This document shows positions 55,228 to 64,000 of a stretch of 64,000 nucleotides of DNA, one piece after another. Numbering within the stretch: position 1 is the first letter of the stretch; each line of letters starts with the position of its first letter. The notes beneath the pieces were generated by a model. It did no database searches. It had not been told where the DNA came from and was given only the letters and a program-made list of their open reading frames with translations. Source of the DNA: an uncultured Pelagibacteraceae bacterium (GTDB lineage: Bacteria > Pseudomonadota > Alphaproteobacteria > Pelagibacterales > Pelagibacteraceae); contig CACGDY010000002.1 in the NCBI GenBank assembly GCA_902571915.1, positions 13,006 to 77,005 on the forward strand, given 5' to 3'. The position numbers and the translations under genes are program-made.

Positions 55228-56844
55228 CTAAAATTTTTTTCTCAATTCAAATTTTTGAATTTTTCCTGTTGAAGTTTTGGGTAGATCACAAAAAACTACT
55301 TGTTTTGGTACCTTAAATCCTGCAAGAGTTTCTTTGCAAAAGGTGATTAATTCTTTTTCAGTCACCGGTTTATCTTTAACCATTTCAATAAATGCACATG
55401 GCACCTCTCCCCATTTTTCATCAGGTTTAGCAACAACTGCAGCGATAGATACAGAGGGATGTTTTGATAAAGTATTTTCTATTTCTATGGAAGAAATATT
55501 TTCTCCACCAGAGATAATAATATCTTTAGACCTATCTTGAATTTTAACATAACCATCAGAATGCATTACTGCTAAATCACCTGAATGAAACCATCCTCCA
55601 CTCATTGCTTTGTTAGTAGCATCTTTATCTTTAAAATAACCTTTCATTACTACATTGCCTTTAATCATAATCTCACCAATTGTTTTTCCATCCTTTGGTA
55701 CCTCTTTCATGGTTTCAGGATCCATCACTGCTATTCCTTCTGTATTAGGATATCTTACTCCTTGCCTTGCTTTAATTTCATTTTGTTTTTCTTCATCAAG
55801 TTTATTCCAGGAGTCGTTCCATGCACATTGAGTTACATGTCCATAGGTTTCGGTTAATCCATATACGTGCATCACTTCAAATCCAAGTTCTTTCATCTTT
55901 TTAAATATTATACTTGGTGGAGGGGCACCGGCAGTTAAAACATAAACTATTTGCTTAAGTTTTTTTCTATCAGACTCAGGGGCACTGGTAATCATATTTA
56001 AAACTATTGGTGCTCCACCAAAATGAGTAACGTTAAATTTATCTATTAATTCAAATATTTTTTTGACATCAATATTTCTTAGACAAATTGTTCTTCCATT
56101 TAGCATAGGCACAGTCCAAGGATATCCCCAACCATTACAATGAAACATTGGAACAATAGTTAAAAAATTTAATCGATTTGGCATGTTCCAAGCAACTGCG
56201 CTACCTGTAGACATTAAATAAGATCCTCTATGATGATAAACAACACCTTTTGGATTTCCAGTTGTTCCTGATGTATAGCTTAATGATATAGCTTGCCATT
56301 CATCATCGGGCATTTTCCACCTGAAATTTTCATCCCCACTATTTAAAAAGCTTTCATATTCAAATTCTCCAATTTTTTCACACTTTGATTGATCGGCAAA
56401 TTTATCTACGATATCAATAATGATTATTTTTTTATTTAGTGTGTTCAATGCTTTCTTAACTTCACCATGAAGCTGCCTATCAACAACTAATACTTTTGCG
56501 TCGCTATGATTTAAAATGTATGCAATAGTCTTAGCATCCAATCTAATATTGATTGTGTTTAAAACTGCACCAGTCATAGGTATAGAGTAATGACCTTCAA
56601 AAATTTCTGGAGTGTTAAAAGCTAAAAATGAGACAGTATCTCCTTTTTTGACACCAATTTTAGTGAGAGCACTTGCAAATTTTACAGCACGCTTATAGAC
56701 TTCGGCCCAAGTGTATTTACGATCCTCATATATAACCGCCTCATAATCTGGATATATATCTTTGGCTCTTTTTAAAAAAGTTAGGGGTGTTAGGGGAATA
56801 TAATTAGCCTCGTTTTTATCTAAATTAATGTCGTAATGACTCAT
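55228..56844 (-). CDS. dmdB: 3-(methylthio)propionate (MMPA)-CoA ligase
   Basis: ANL motifs YTSGTTGNPKG, PMFHCNGW, YGLTE, SGDL, DRSKDIIISGGENISS, GKIQK; adjacent to dmdA and dmdC. Confidence 0.85.
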   Translation of the reverse strand: MSHYDINLDKNEANYIPLTPLTFLKRAKDIYPDYEAVIYEDRKYTWAEVYKRAVKFASALTKIGVKKGDTVSFLAFNTPEIFEGHYSIPMTGAVLNTINIRLDAKTIAYILNHSDAKVLVVDRQLHGEVKKALNTLNKKIIIIDIVDKFADQSKCEKIGEFEYESFLNSGDENFRWKMPDDEWQAISLSYTSGTTGNPKGVVYHHRGSYLMSTGSAVAWNMPNRLNFLTIVPMFHCNGWGYPWTVPMLNGRTICLRNIDVKKIFELIDKFNVTHFGGAPIVLNMITSAPESDRKKLKQIVYVLTAGAPPPSIIFKKMKELGFEVMHVYGLTETYGHVTQCAWNDSWNKLDEEKQNEIKARQGVRYPNTEGIAVMDPETMKEVPKDGKTIGEIMIKGNVVMKGYFKDKDATNKAMSGGWFHSGDLAVMHSDGYVKIQDRSKDIIISGGENISSIEIENTLSKHPSVSIAAVVAKPDEKWGEVPCAFIEMVKDKPVTEKELITFCKETLAGFKVPKQVVFCDLPKTSTGKIQKFELRKKF

Positions 56845-56845
56845 T

Positions 56846-58612
56846 TTAATTAAATCTAAAATTCATGATATTTGAACTTCCAGAGATAGCAGATTTATAA
56901 TGTTGTTCTGCTCTCGGCAGAACTTTTTCAAAATAAAATTTTGCAGTATTTATTTTATCTTCGTGAAACTTTTTGTTTTCCTCAAAATCTTTAAAACTTA
57001 CAGTTAAAATTTTTACCCAAGAAAAAGCTAAAGATATATAGCCAAGTGTCTTCAAATAGTCATTAGCGGCTGCACTGACATCATCTTTGTTAGTCTTTAT
57101 TTTATCAATAGTCCAATCACTAAATTTTTTTAAAATTTCTAAATTATAATTTAATGTATCAACAAATGGCTTCATTTTTTCATTATCTGAATTAGTTTCA
57201 GATTTAATTAAATTCATAAATCTATCAACTATGTTTCCATTCTTAGTTGAAAGTTTTCTAAAAACTAAATCAGCTGCTTGTACTGAATTAGTTCCTTCAT
57301 AAATGGGTGTAATCCTGTTATCTCTATAAAATTGCTCTATACCTTGATCTTTTGTATAACCATATCCACCAAATATTTGCATTGCATCACTTGTAATTTC
57401 CATTCCTAAATCAGAAAATAACGATTTTACAACTGGTGTCATTAACGAGACCATATCCAAGGCCTCCTGTTTAATTTTTTGATCATCATGATTTAAACTA
57501 ACTTCAGTTTGTTGAGACAACCAGAAACATAACGCTCTTTCTCCCTCAATTATAGACTTCATGTTCAACAAAGTTTTTCTTATATCAGCATGCTCAATAA
57601 TTGAATCTGCTTTTCCATTTTCAGACTTATTATTATTGCTTTTTCCTTGTTTTCTCTCTTTTGCATAATTAAGAGAATTTTGATAAGCAATTTCTGATAT
57701 TCCTAGACCTTGAATACCCACAACGATTCTCTCTAAATTCATCATTGTGAACATTTGACTCAATCCCTTGTTTTTAGGGCCAATCATTATTCCCGTGGCT
57801 TCATCAAAATTTAATACACATGTAGCTGAACCCTTAATACCCATTTTTGTTTCTATTGATCCAGTAGATATTCCATTTCTTGGGCCAACAGTTCCATCTT
57901 CCTTTACGATAAATTTTGGAACTAAGAATAAGCTTATTCCTTTAGTCCCTTTGGGCGAATCTGTTGCTCTTGCTATTACCAAATGAATAATATTTTCTGT
58001 TAAATCATGATCACCAGAAGTAATAAATATTTTTTGCCCTGTGATTTTATACGTTCCATCTGGTTGTTCTACTGCCTTTGTTTTTAATAAACCTAAGTCA
58101 GTTCCACAGACTGGTTCAGTTAAACACATTGTGCCACTCCATTTACCTTCAACCATTTTAGGAAGGTATTTGTCTTTTATTTCATCTGTGGCATGGTGAT
58201 GAATACAATTATAAGCTCCTAGAGTCAATTCGCTGTAAAGTTTAAATGCTAGACTTGCAGATGAAATCATTTCATCAAAAAAAGCACTAACAGTTCGTGG
58301 CATGCCTTGTCCTCCGTATTTTGGATCACAGGATAACGAAGTCCAACCGTCCTCAATATATTTTTGGTAAGCCTCTTTGTATCCTGGTGGTGTTCTTACA
58401 ACTCCATTTTCTAAAATTGCAGGGTTTTCATCTCCTGCTTTTGCGAGTGGCAAAATCAAATTTTGATTAATTTTTGCAGCTTCTTCTAAAATATCTTTAA
58501 CTAATTCTGGACTTACCTCTTTATATTTTTCCAGTTCATTATAGTTTTTATTGTCCCTCAATTTCTCAAAAAGAAACATCATATCATCGACTGGTGCTAT
58601 ATAGCTTGGCAT
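56846..58612 (-). CDS. dmdC: MMPA-CoA dehydrogenase (long acyl-CoA dehydrogenase)
   Basis: GTMCLTEP, KIFITSGDHD, KGISLFLVPK, KMGIKGSAT, FGGYGY, PIYEGTNSVQA; operon context. Confidence 0.85.
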   Translation of the reverse strand: MPSYIAPVDDMMFLFEKLRDNKNYNELEKYKEVSPELVKDILEEAAKINQNLILPLAKAGDENPAILENGVVRTPPGYKEAYQKYIEDGWTSLSCDPKYGGQGMPRTVSAFFDEMISSASLAFKLYSELTLGAYNCIHHHATDEIKDKYLPKMVEGKWSGTMCLTEPVCGTDLGLLKTKAVEQPDGTYKITGQKIFITSGDHDLTENIIHLVIARATDSPKGTKGISLFLVPKFIVKEDGTVGPRNGISTGSIETKMGIKGSATCVLNFDEATGIMIGPKNKGLSQMFTMMNLERIVVGIQGLGISEIAYQNSLNYAKERKQGKSNNNKSENGKADSIIEHADIRKTLLNMKSIIEGERALCFWLSQQTEVSLNHDDQKIKQEALDMVSLMTPVVKSLFSDLGMEITSDAMQIFGGYGYTKDQGIEQFYRDNRITPIYEGTNSVQAADLVFRKLSTKNGNIVDRFMNLIKSETNSDNEKMKPFVDTLNYNLEILKKFSDWTIDKIKTNKDDVSAAANDYLKTLGYISLAFSWVKILTVSFKDFEENKKFHEDKINTAKFYFEKVLPRAEQHYKSAISGSSNIMNFRFN

Positions 58613-58638
58613 ATTTAGAGTTTAAAATAATTAGTTAA

Positions 58639-59745
58639 TTATTGCAATTTTGAAATGATCGCATCACCCATTTTAGATGTTGATATTTCTTTCATTCCCT
58701 TGGATAGAATGTCTTTGGTTCTTAAACCATCATTTAAGACATCCTGAACAGCTTTTTCTAAGCCTTCTGCCTCTTTATCAAGGTTCAAGGAGTATCTTAA
58801 AGCCATTGCGAAGCTTAAAATTGTTGCTATTGGATTTGCTAGACCTTTTCCAGCTATATCAGGTGCAGACCCATGAATAGGCTCATACATCGCTCTCATT
58901 TCTCCATCTTTATTTTTTGCACCTAAAGAGGCTGAGGGTAAAAGTCCTAATGAACCTGTTAACATTGAAGCTTGATCTGAAAGCATATCCCCAAAAAGAT
59001 TATCTGTGACAATGACATCAAATTGTTTCGGGTTTCTAAGTAACTGCATTGCACAATTGTCGGCAAGCATATGACTTAATTCTACATCTTTATATTCCTT
59101 TTCATGAAGTGCTTTAACCTCTTCCTTCCATAATTGTCCAGCCTCCATTACATTAGATTTTTCACAAGAAGTAACTTTATTTGATCTTTTTTTTGCTAAA
59201 TCAAAAGCTACTCTTGCTACTCTTGTAATTTCACTGCTTGTATAAGTGTGAGTATTTATTCCTTTTCTTTCACCATTTTCAATTGGTTTAATACCTCTAG
59301 GTTCACCAAAATAAATTCCACCTGTCAACTCTCTCACAATCATAATGTCTAATCCTGAGACTATCTCAGGTTTTAATGTAGATGCTTCAACTAATTGTTT
59401 GAAGCAAATAGCGGGTCTTAAGTTTGCAAATAATTTTAATTCTTTTCTCAATTTTAATAGAGCTCTCTCTGGTTTTTTTGAAAATTCAACATTATCCCAT
59501 TTAGGTCCTCCAACTGCACCAAGCATAACAGCCTCACTTTCCAAGGCTTTATAAAAAACTTCATCAGTTATTGGTGTTCCATGTTTATCATAAGAACAAC
59601 CTCCGGCTAAATCTTCATCGATTTCAAAATCTAAAGATTTCTTATTATTGAACCAATTTATTATCTTTTTAACTTCACCAATAACTTCTGGTCCAATGCC
59701 ATCTCCTGGCAATAAAAGGATTTTTCTTTTTTTAACTTTAATCAT
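58639..59745 (-). CDS. leuB: 3-isopropylmalate dehydrogenase
   Basis: [39 protein letters not shown]. Confidence 0.97.
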   Translation of the reverse strand: MIKVKKRKILLLPGDGIGPEVIGEVKKIINWFNNKKSLDFEIDEDLAGGCSYDKHGTPITDEVFYKALESEAVMLGAVGGPKWDNVEFSKKPERALLKLRKELKLFANLRPAICFKQLVEASTLKPEIVSGLDIMIVRELTGGIYFGEPRGIKPIENGERKGINTHTYTSSEITRVARVAFDLAKKRSNKVTSCEKSNVMEAGQLWKEEVKALHEKEYKDVELSHMLADNCAMQLLRNPKQFDVIVTDNLFGDMLSDQASMLTGSLGLLPSASLGAKNKDGEMRAMYEPIHGSAPDIAGKGLANPIATILSFAMALRYSLNLDKEAEGLEKAVQDVLNDGLRTKDILSKGMKEISTSKMGDAIISKLQ

Positions 59746-60343
59746 TAAAGATCCAAGGCTTTTTATTTTTTAAATCTTTTTCGAAATTTTTAATTTTGTC
59801 AGATTTCTTCAAAGATAGAGCTATGTCATCTAGTCCCTCTAAAAGACATTTTTTCTTAAAAGGGTCAATTTTGAATTTAACCTCATTGTTTCCGTAAACA
59901 ATTTTCTCTTTATTGAGATCCACAAAAATTTCCTCTTTTCTGTTGGTATACTCTGATAACTCCTTTATTTTTTCATCATCAAGCGTGATTGGTAAAATTC
60001 CATTCTTAAAACAATTATTATGAAAAATATCTGCAAAACTAGTGCTTATAACACAGGTAATACCAAAATCTAATAATGCCCATGGCGCATGCTCTCTTGA
60101 TGAACCACAGCCAAAATTTTTTCCTGCAATTAGAATTTTTGAATTATTAAATGGATTTTTATTTAAAATGAAATCATTTATTTCTTTACCATTATCATCA
60201 TATCTCATCTCAAAAAATAAATTTTTCCCCAATCCGGTTCTCTTAATTGTTTTAAGAAATTGTTTTGGAATAATCATATCTGTATCAATATTTACTATCG
60301 GTAAATATGCTGGAATACTTCTTAATGTGCTAAATTTTTGCAT
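59738..60343 (-). CDS. leuD: 3-isopropylmalate dehydratase small subunit
   Basis: [28 protein letters not shown]. Confidence 0.97.
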   Translation of the reverse strand: MQKFSTLRSIPAYLPIVNIDTDMIIPKQFLKTIKRTGLGKNLFFEMRYDDNGKEINDFILNKNPFNNSKILIAGKNFGCGSSREHAPWALLDFGITCVISTSFADIFHNNCFKNGILPITLDDEKIKELSEYTNRKEEIFVDLNKEKIVYGNNEVKFKIDPFKKKCLLEGLDDIALSLKKSDKIKNFEKDLKNKKPWIFND

Positions 60344-61747
60344 TTAATTTTGATACTTCCTCACATCATCAAGACTTCCTGATATTGCTGCAGCTGCAGC
60401 CATTCCAGGACTAACTAAATGAGTTCTTCCACCTCTTCCTTGTCTTCCTTCAAAATTTCTATTTGAGGTAGAGGCGCATCTTTCTTCAGGTTTTAATTTG
60501 TCTGCATTCATGGCTAAACACATTGAGCAACCTGGTTCTCTCCATTCAAATCCTGAATTAACAAAGATTTTATCTAATCCTTCTTGTTCTGCCTGTCGTT
60601 TTACCAATCCAGATCCTGGAACAACCATTGCATGAACGTGGGAAGCTATCTTTTTATCTTTTAAAATTTTTGCAGCTTCTCTTAGATCCTCAATTCTACC
60701 ATTTGTGCAGCTACCTATAAAAACTTTATCTATTTTAATATCTCTAGCTGACATATCAGGTTTAAGGCCCATATATTTTAAGGATCTCTCTATAGAATTT
60801 TTACGGTCCTCATCTTTTTCTTGACTTGGATTTGGAACTTTGCCGTCAATTGTAATTACATCTTGAGGTGAAGTCCCCCAAGTTATCATTGGCAAAATTT
60901 CGTTAGCCTGCAAACTTACTTCTTTATCAAAGCTTGCGTCATCATCAGTTTTTAAACTTTGCCAATGTTCTAAAGCTTTATTCCATTTTTCACCCTTTGG
61001 CGACATTGGTTTTCCTTCTAAATATTTAAATATCTTTTCATCAGGTGCTATTAATCCAGCTCTTGCCCCACCTTCTATTGTCATATTGCATATCGTCATT
61101 CTTTGTTCAACGCTTAACGATCTTATTAAATCACCTGCATATTCAAGAACACAACCTGTTCCGCCTGCAGTTCCAATTTTTCCAATTATTTGTAAAATAA
61201 CATCTTTTGAAGTAACACCCACTGGAAGTTTACCATTAACATTTATTCTAAAATTTTTTGCTTTTTTTTGAACTAGTGTTTGAGTTGCTAAAACATGTTC
61301 TACCTCTGAAGTTCCAATTCCAAAAGCTAAAGCACCAAATGCTCCATGGGTTGCAGTATGACTATCCCCACAAACAATAACTGTTCCGGGTTGCGTGAAA
61401 CCCTGCTCTGGACCGGTTACATGAACAATACCTTGTCGCTTATCATTCATGCCAAAAAGTTTAATACCAAATTCTTTGCAATTTTCCTCTAAGGTCTCTA
61501 CCTGAATTTTAGATTCATGATCTGAAATACCCTTTGATCTATCGGTTGTTGGCACATTATGGTCTGCTACAGCTAAAGTTAATCTCGGGTGCCTGACTTT
61601 TCGTTGAGTATTTCTGAGTCCCTCAAAAGCTTGTGGACTTGTAACCTCATGAACCAAATGTCTATCAACAAATAATAATGCTGTTCCATCATCTTGTTGA
61701 TGTACTAAGTGGTCATTCCAAATTTTATCGTAAAGAGTATTAGGCAT
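60344..61747 (-). CDS. leuC: 3-isopropylmalate dehydratase large subunit
   Basis: [42 protein letters not shown]. Confidence 0.98.
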   Translation of the reverse strand: MPNTLYDKIWNDHLVHQQDDGTALLFVDRHLVHEVTSPQAFEGLRNTQRKVRHPRLTLAVADHNVPTTDRSKGISDHESKIQVETLEENCKEFGIKLFGMNDKRQGIVHVTGPEQGFTQPGTVIVCGDSHTATHGAFGALAFGIGTSEVEHVLATQTLVQKKAKNFRINVNGKLPVGVTSKDVILQIIGKIGTAGGTGCVLEYAGDLIRSLSVEQRMTICNMTIEGGARAGLIAPDEKIFKYLEGKPMSPKGEKWNKALEHWQSLKTDDDASFDKEVSLQANEILPMITWGTSPQDVITIDGKVPNPSQEKDEDRKNSIERSLKYMGLKPDMSARDIKIDKVFIGSCTNGRIEDLREAAKILKDKKIASHVHAMVVPGSGLVKRQAEQEGLDKIFVNSGFEWREPGCSMCLAMNADKLKPEERCASTSNRNFEGRQGRGGRTHLVSPGMAAAAAISGSLDDVRKYQN

Positions 61748-61758
61748 TGAGAAAAAAA

Positions 61759-62334
61759 TTATTTTTTTTCTTGTAAATTTTCAAGCTTTTTTTCTGTACT
61801 AGTTTCGGCCTTAGGGGCAACTTTTTTAACTTCATTTTTTGAAGTTTTGTCTATTTTTAGCTCATCCGCTGGTGTAGACTCTTTTTTAATTTCTGAGGTA
61901 TTTTCTTTTGCGATGGGAGCTAAATTTTCCTCAGTTATTGTTTCTGTTTTAACACCAATATCGATACCAATTTTTTTTCTAATTTTTTCAGCAATTCTTG
62001 CTGACTTCCCAGTTCTGTCTCTTAAATAATAAAGTTTTGCTCTTCTTACTTTTCCTGATCGGATTACTTTAATTGAATCAATCACAGTTCCAAACAATGG
62101 AAATGTTCTCTCAACTCCCTCACCGAATGATATTTTTCTGACAGTAAATGAGGAGTTTATGTCTCTACTTTTTTTAGCAATACATACGCCTTCAAAATAC
62201 TGAATTCTTTCTTTTTTACCCTCTGTAATTCTTACTCCAACTTTTACAACATCTCCTGGGAAAAATTCAGGTATCTTTTTTTCAGAGAGAATCTTTTTAA
62301 AGTTGTTTTGGTTAATTTCTTCTATTGTTTTCAT
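61759..62334 (-). CDS. rplS: 50S ribosomal protein L19 with a long charged C-terminal tail
   Basis: [33 protein letters not shown]. Start moved to the ATG at 62334. Confidence 0.96.
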   Translation of the reverse strand: MKTIEEINQNNFKKILSEKKIPEFFPGDVVKVGVRITEGKKERIQYFEGVCIAKKSRDINSSFTVRKISFGEGVERTFPLFGTVIDSIKVIRSGKVRRAKLYYLRDRTGKSARIAEKIRKKIGIDIGVKTETITEENLAPIAKENTSEIKKESTPADELKIDKTSKNEVKKVAPKAETSTEKKLENLQEKK

Positions 62335-62350
62335 TTCAGTATTTATCAAT

Positions 62351-63037
62351 TTAATCTTTCTTATATTTTTGCCACAAATCTGGTCTTCGGTCGCGTGTTA
62401 TAGCCTCAGATTGAGATAAACGCCAGTCTTTAATTTTATTGTGATCTCCAGATAATAACACTTCTGGCACTGCTTTTTCTTCCCATATTTGAGGTTTTGT
62501 GAACTGCGGATACTCTAAAAGGCCATTTTCAAAAGTTTCATCAGCTGGAGATTTATCATTTCCTAAAACTCCAGGTAAAAGTCTTAAAACGCTATCTAAA
62601 ATAACCAAAGCTGCTGTTTCTCCTCCAGACAAAACATAATCTCCAATGCTTACTTCCTCAATATTTCTAGTACCTAAAACTCTTTCATCAACACCTTCAA
62701 ACTGTCCACAAATTAAAGAAAATGATTTTTCTTTAGATAAATCTTGTGCAAATTTTTGATCAAATCTTTTACCCTTTGGTGAAAGATAAAAAATTCTATC
62801 TCCCTTATTTACATTTTGATCAATAGAATTCGCCAGGACATCCGGTTTAATCAACATACCTGTCCCACCGCCGTAAGGAGTATCATCAACTGTTTTATGT
62901 TTATCTTGAGCAGAGTCTCTAATATTAATTACTTTTAAGCTCCACAACTTTTTAGTCATTGCTTTATTGAATATACCTTTATTTAAAGGCCCAGGGAAAA
63001 TTTCTGGGTGTAGAGTAAATACTTGGGCTTGCATCAT
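62351..63037 (-). CDS. trmD: tRNA (guanine37-N1)-methyltransferase
   Basis: [40 protein letters not shown]. Confidence 0.97.
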   Translation of the reverse strand: MMQAQVFTLHPEIFPGPLNKGIFNKAMTKKLWSLKVINIRDSAQDKHKTVDDTPYGGGTGMLIKPDVLANSIDQNVNKGDRIFYLSPKGKRFDQKFAQDLSKEKSFSLICGQFEGVDERVLGTRNIEEVSIGDYVLSGGETAALVILDSVLRLLPGVLGNDKSPADETFENGLLEYPQFTKPQIWEEKAVPEVLLSGDHNKIKDWRLSQSEAITRDRRPDLWQKYKKD

Positions 63038-63057
63038 AAATTATCTTTGTATTATTT

Positions 63058-63531
63058 CTATTCCTCTTTTTTAGCTTCCTCTTTTTTAGCTTCTGCTTTT
63101 GGAGCTTCCTCTTTTTTAGCTTCTGCTTTTGGAGCTTCTGCTTTTGGAGCTTCCTCTTTTTTAGCTTCTGTTTTTGGAGCTTCTGCTTTTGGAGCTTCCT
63201 CTTTTTTAGCTTCCTCACTACCTTCTTTTTTTCGATCTTTTTTTGGGATAGCTTTCTGAGGATTATTTCCATTTGCTGGCATAGGCATTAATGCATTTTC
63301 ACCTAAAATCCTTGCTACTCTAGTTGTCGGTTGTGCGCCTTGACCCAACCAATACTTTATTCGTTCCGCTTCTAATCCAATTCTTTCCTTTTTTTCCTTT
63401 GGCAATAGTGGATTAAAAAATCCCACTTTCTCTATAAATCTACCGTCCCTTGCAAAACGACTGTCTGCAACAACTAATTTATAAACTGGTCTTTTCTTTG
63501 TTCCGCCTCTTGATAACCTTAATTTTAACAT
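63058..63531 (-). CDS. rpsP: 30S ribosomal protein S16 with a repetitive C-terminal extension
   Basis: LKLRLSRGG.KKRPVY, RDGRFIEKVG, WLGQGAQPT; AGGAG Shine-Dalgarno upstream. Confidence 0.97.
   Translation of the reverse strand: MLKLRLSRGGTKKRPVYKLVVADSRFARDGRFIEKVGFFNPLLPKEKKERIGLEAERIKYWLGQGAQPTTRVARILGENALMPMPANGNNPQKAIPKKDRKKEGSEEAKKEEAPKAEAPKTEAKKEEAPKAEAPKAEAKKEEAPKAEAKKEEAKKEE
63061..63216 (-). repeat. Coding 15-nt tandem repeat (KKEEA / PKAEA pentapeptides, about 10 units)
   Basis: Units AAAAAAGAGGAAGCT and CCAAAAGCAGAAGCT alternate with near-perfect nucleotide identity. Confidence 0.95.
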
Positions 63532-63545
63532 TCATTCTCCTTTTT

Positions 63546-64000
63546 TTATTTTAATTGATTGAATAATTCTGGAGGTATTCCTTTGTCAGTCATACCTTTG
63601 AGATTACCCTTTGACATCTTTCTCATCATTTCAGACATCATTTTAAATTGTTTTAACAACTTATTGATAGTGGCTGGATCTGTCCCAGAACCATTAGCAA
63701 TTCTTTTTTTTCTAGAACCATCAATTATCTTTGGACTCTCTCTCTCTTTCTTTGTCATAGACAATATTATAGCTTCATTCTTTGTAATAATACTTTCATC
63801 AATCCCAGCCGCATCCATTTGTGATTTAACTTTTGAAACACCAGGCATAAAAGACATGATGCCTTCTATTCCACCCATTTTTTTCATTTGTCTTAGTTGT
63901 GCCAAATAATCTTCCATAGAAAATTGTCCCTTTTTTAAATTCTCTTCAGCTTTTTTAATATTTTCTTCACCTAAATCTTGAGCTGCTTTTTCAACTAGAG
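63546..64000 (-). CDS. ffh: Signal recognition particle protein Ffh (C-terminal M domain; 5' end outside the window)
   Basis: LVEKA...FSMEDY, QMKKMGG, IILSMTKKER, SRKKRIANGSG; ffh-rpsP synteny. Confidence 0.96.
   Translation of the reverse strand, partial: LVEKAAQDLGEENIKKAEENLKKGQFSMEDYLAQLRQMKKMGGIEGIMSFMPGVSKVKSQMDAAGIDESIITKNEAIILSMTKKERESPKIIDGSRKKRIANGSGTDPATINKLLKQFKMMSEMMRKMSKGNLKGMTDKGIPPELFNQLK

Noticed and set aside
63061-63216. Periodic repeat considered as a CRISPR array
   Set aside because: No unique spacers, 15-nt period, in frame within rpsP, and no cas genes in the window.
62979-63272. Alternative-frame ORF (KKRKLQKQKL repeats) and antisense ORF (FLASS/FGASA repeats) over the rpsP tail
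   Set aside because: The 15-nt repeat lacks stop codons in several frames. These are shadows of the S16 tail, with no independent start signals.

Overview
A low-GC, very compact stretch of alphaproteobacterial core chromosome. Gene content and order point to SAR11/Pelagibacterales: dmdC-dmdB-hydrolase-dmdA between leuB and asd, class I LysRS, chvI/chvG-ahcY, and tiny or overlapping intergenic spacers. It holds about 55 protein genes covering cell-wall recycling (amgK, murU, ampG, NlpC/P60), polA, ChvI/ChvG and RegA, a four-gene polyamine operon, metXW under a SAM-II riboswitch, rplU-rpmA-obgE-proBA-nadD-rsfS-ctpA-rppH, and a ~32 kb uninterrupted minus-strand run (ffh, rpsP, trmD, rplS, leuCDB, dmd genes, asd, sdhCDAB, mmsA, mdh, sucCDAB, lpdA, priA, atpHAGDC). 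I saw no tRNA, rRNA, CRISPR array or mobile element. Best leads: (1) a polyamine operon joining a fold-III decarboxylase and a deoxyhypusine-synthase-like enzyme to an agmatine deiminase/carbamoylase pair, possibly a urea-free route to homospermidine; (2) SdhC and SdhD have both lost the canonical heme b axial histidines, suggesting a heme-less complex II; (3) the SAM-II leader of metX can fold into a competing long hairpin with no Shine-Dalgarno coupling; (4) an uncharacterised serine hydrolase sits inside a DMSP demethylation operon that has no dmdD. All gene calls come from motif recognition and synteny as I recall them. No searches were run.
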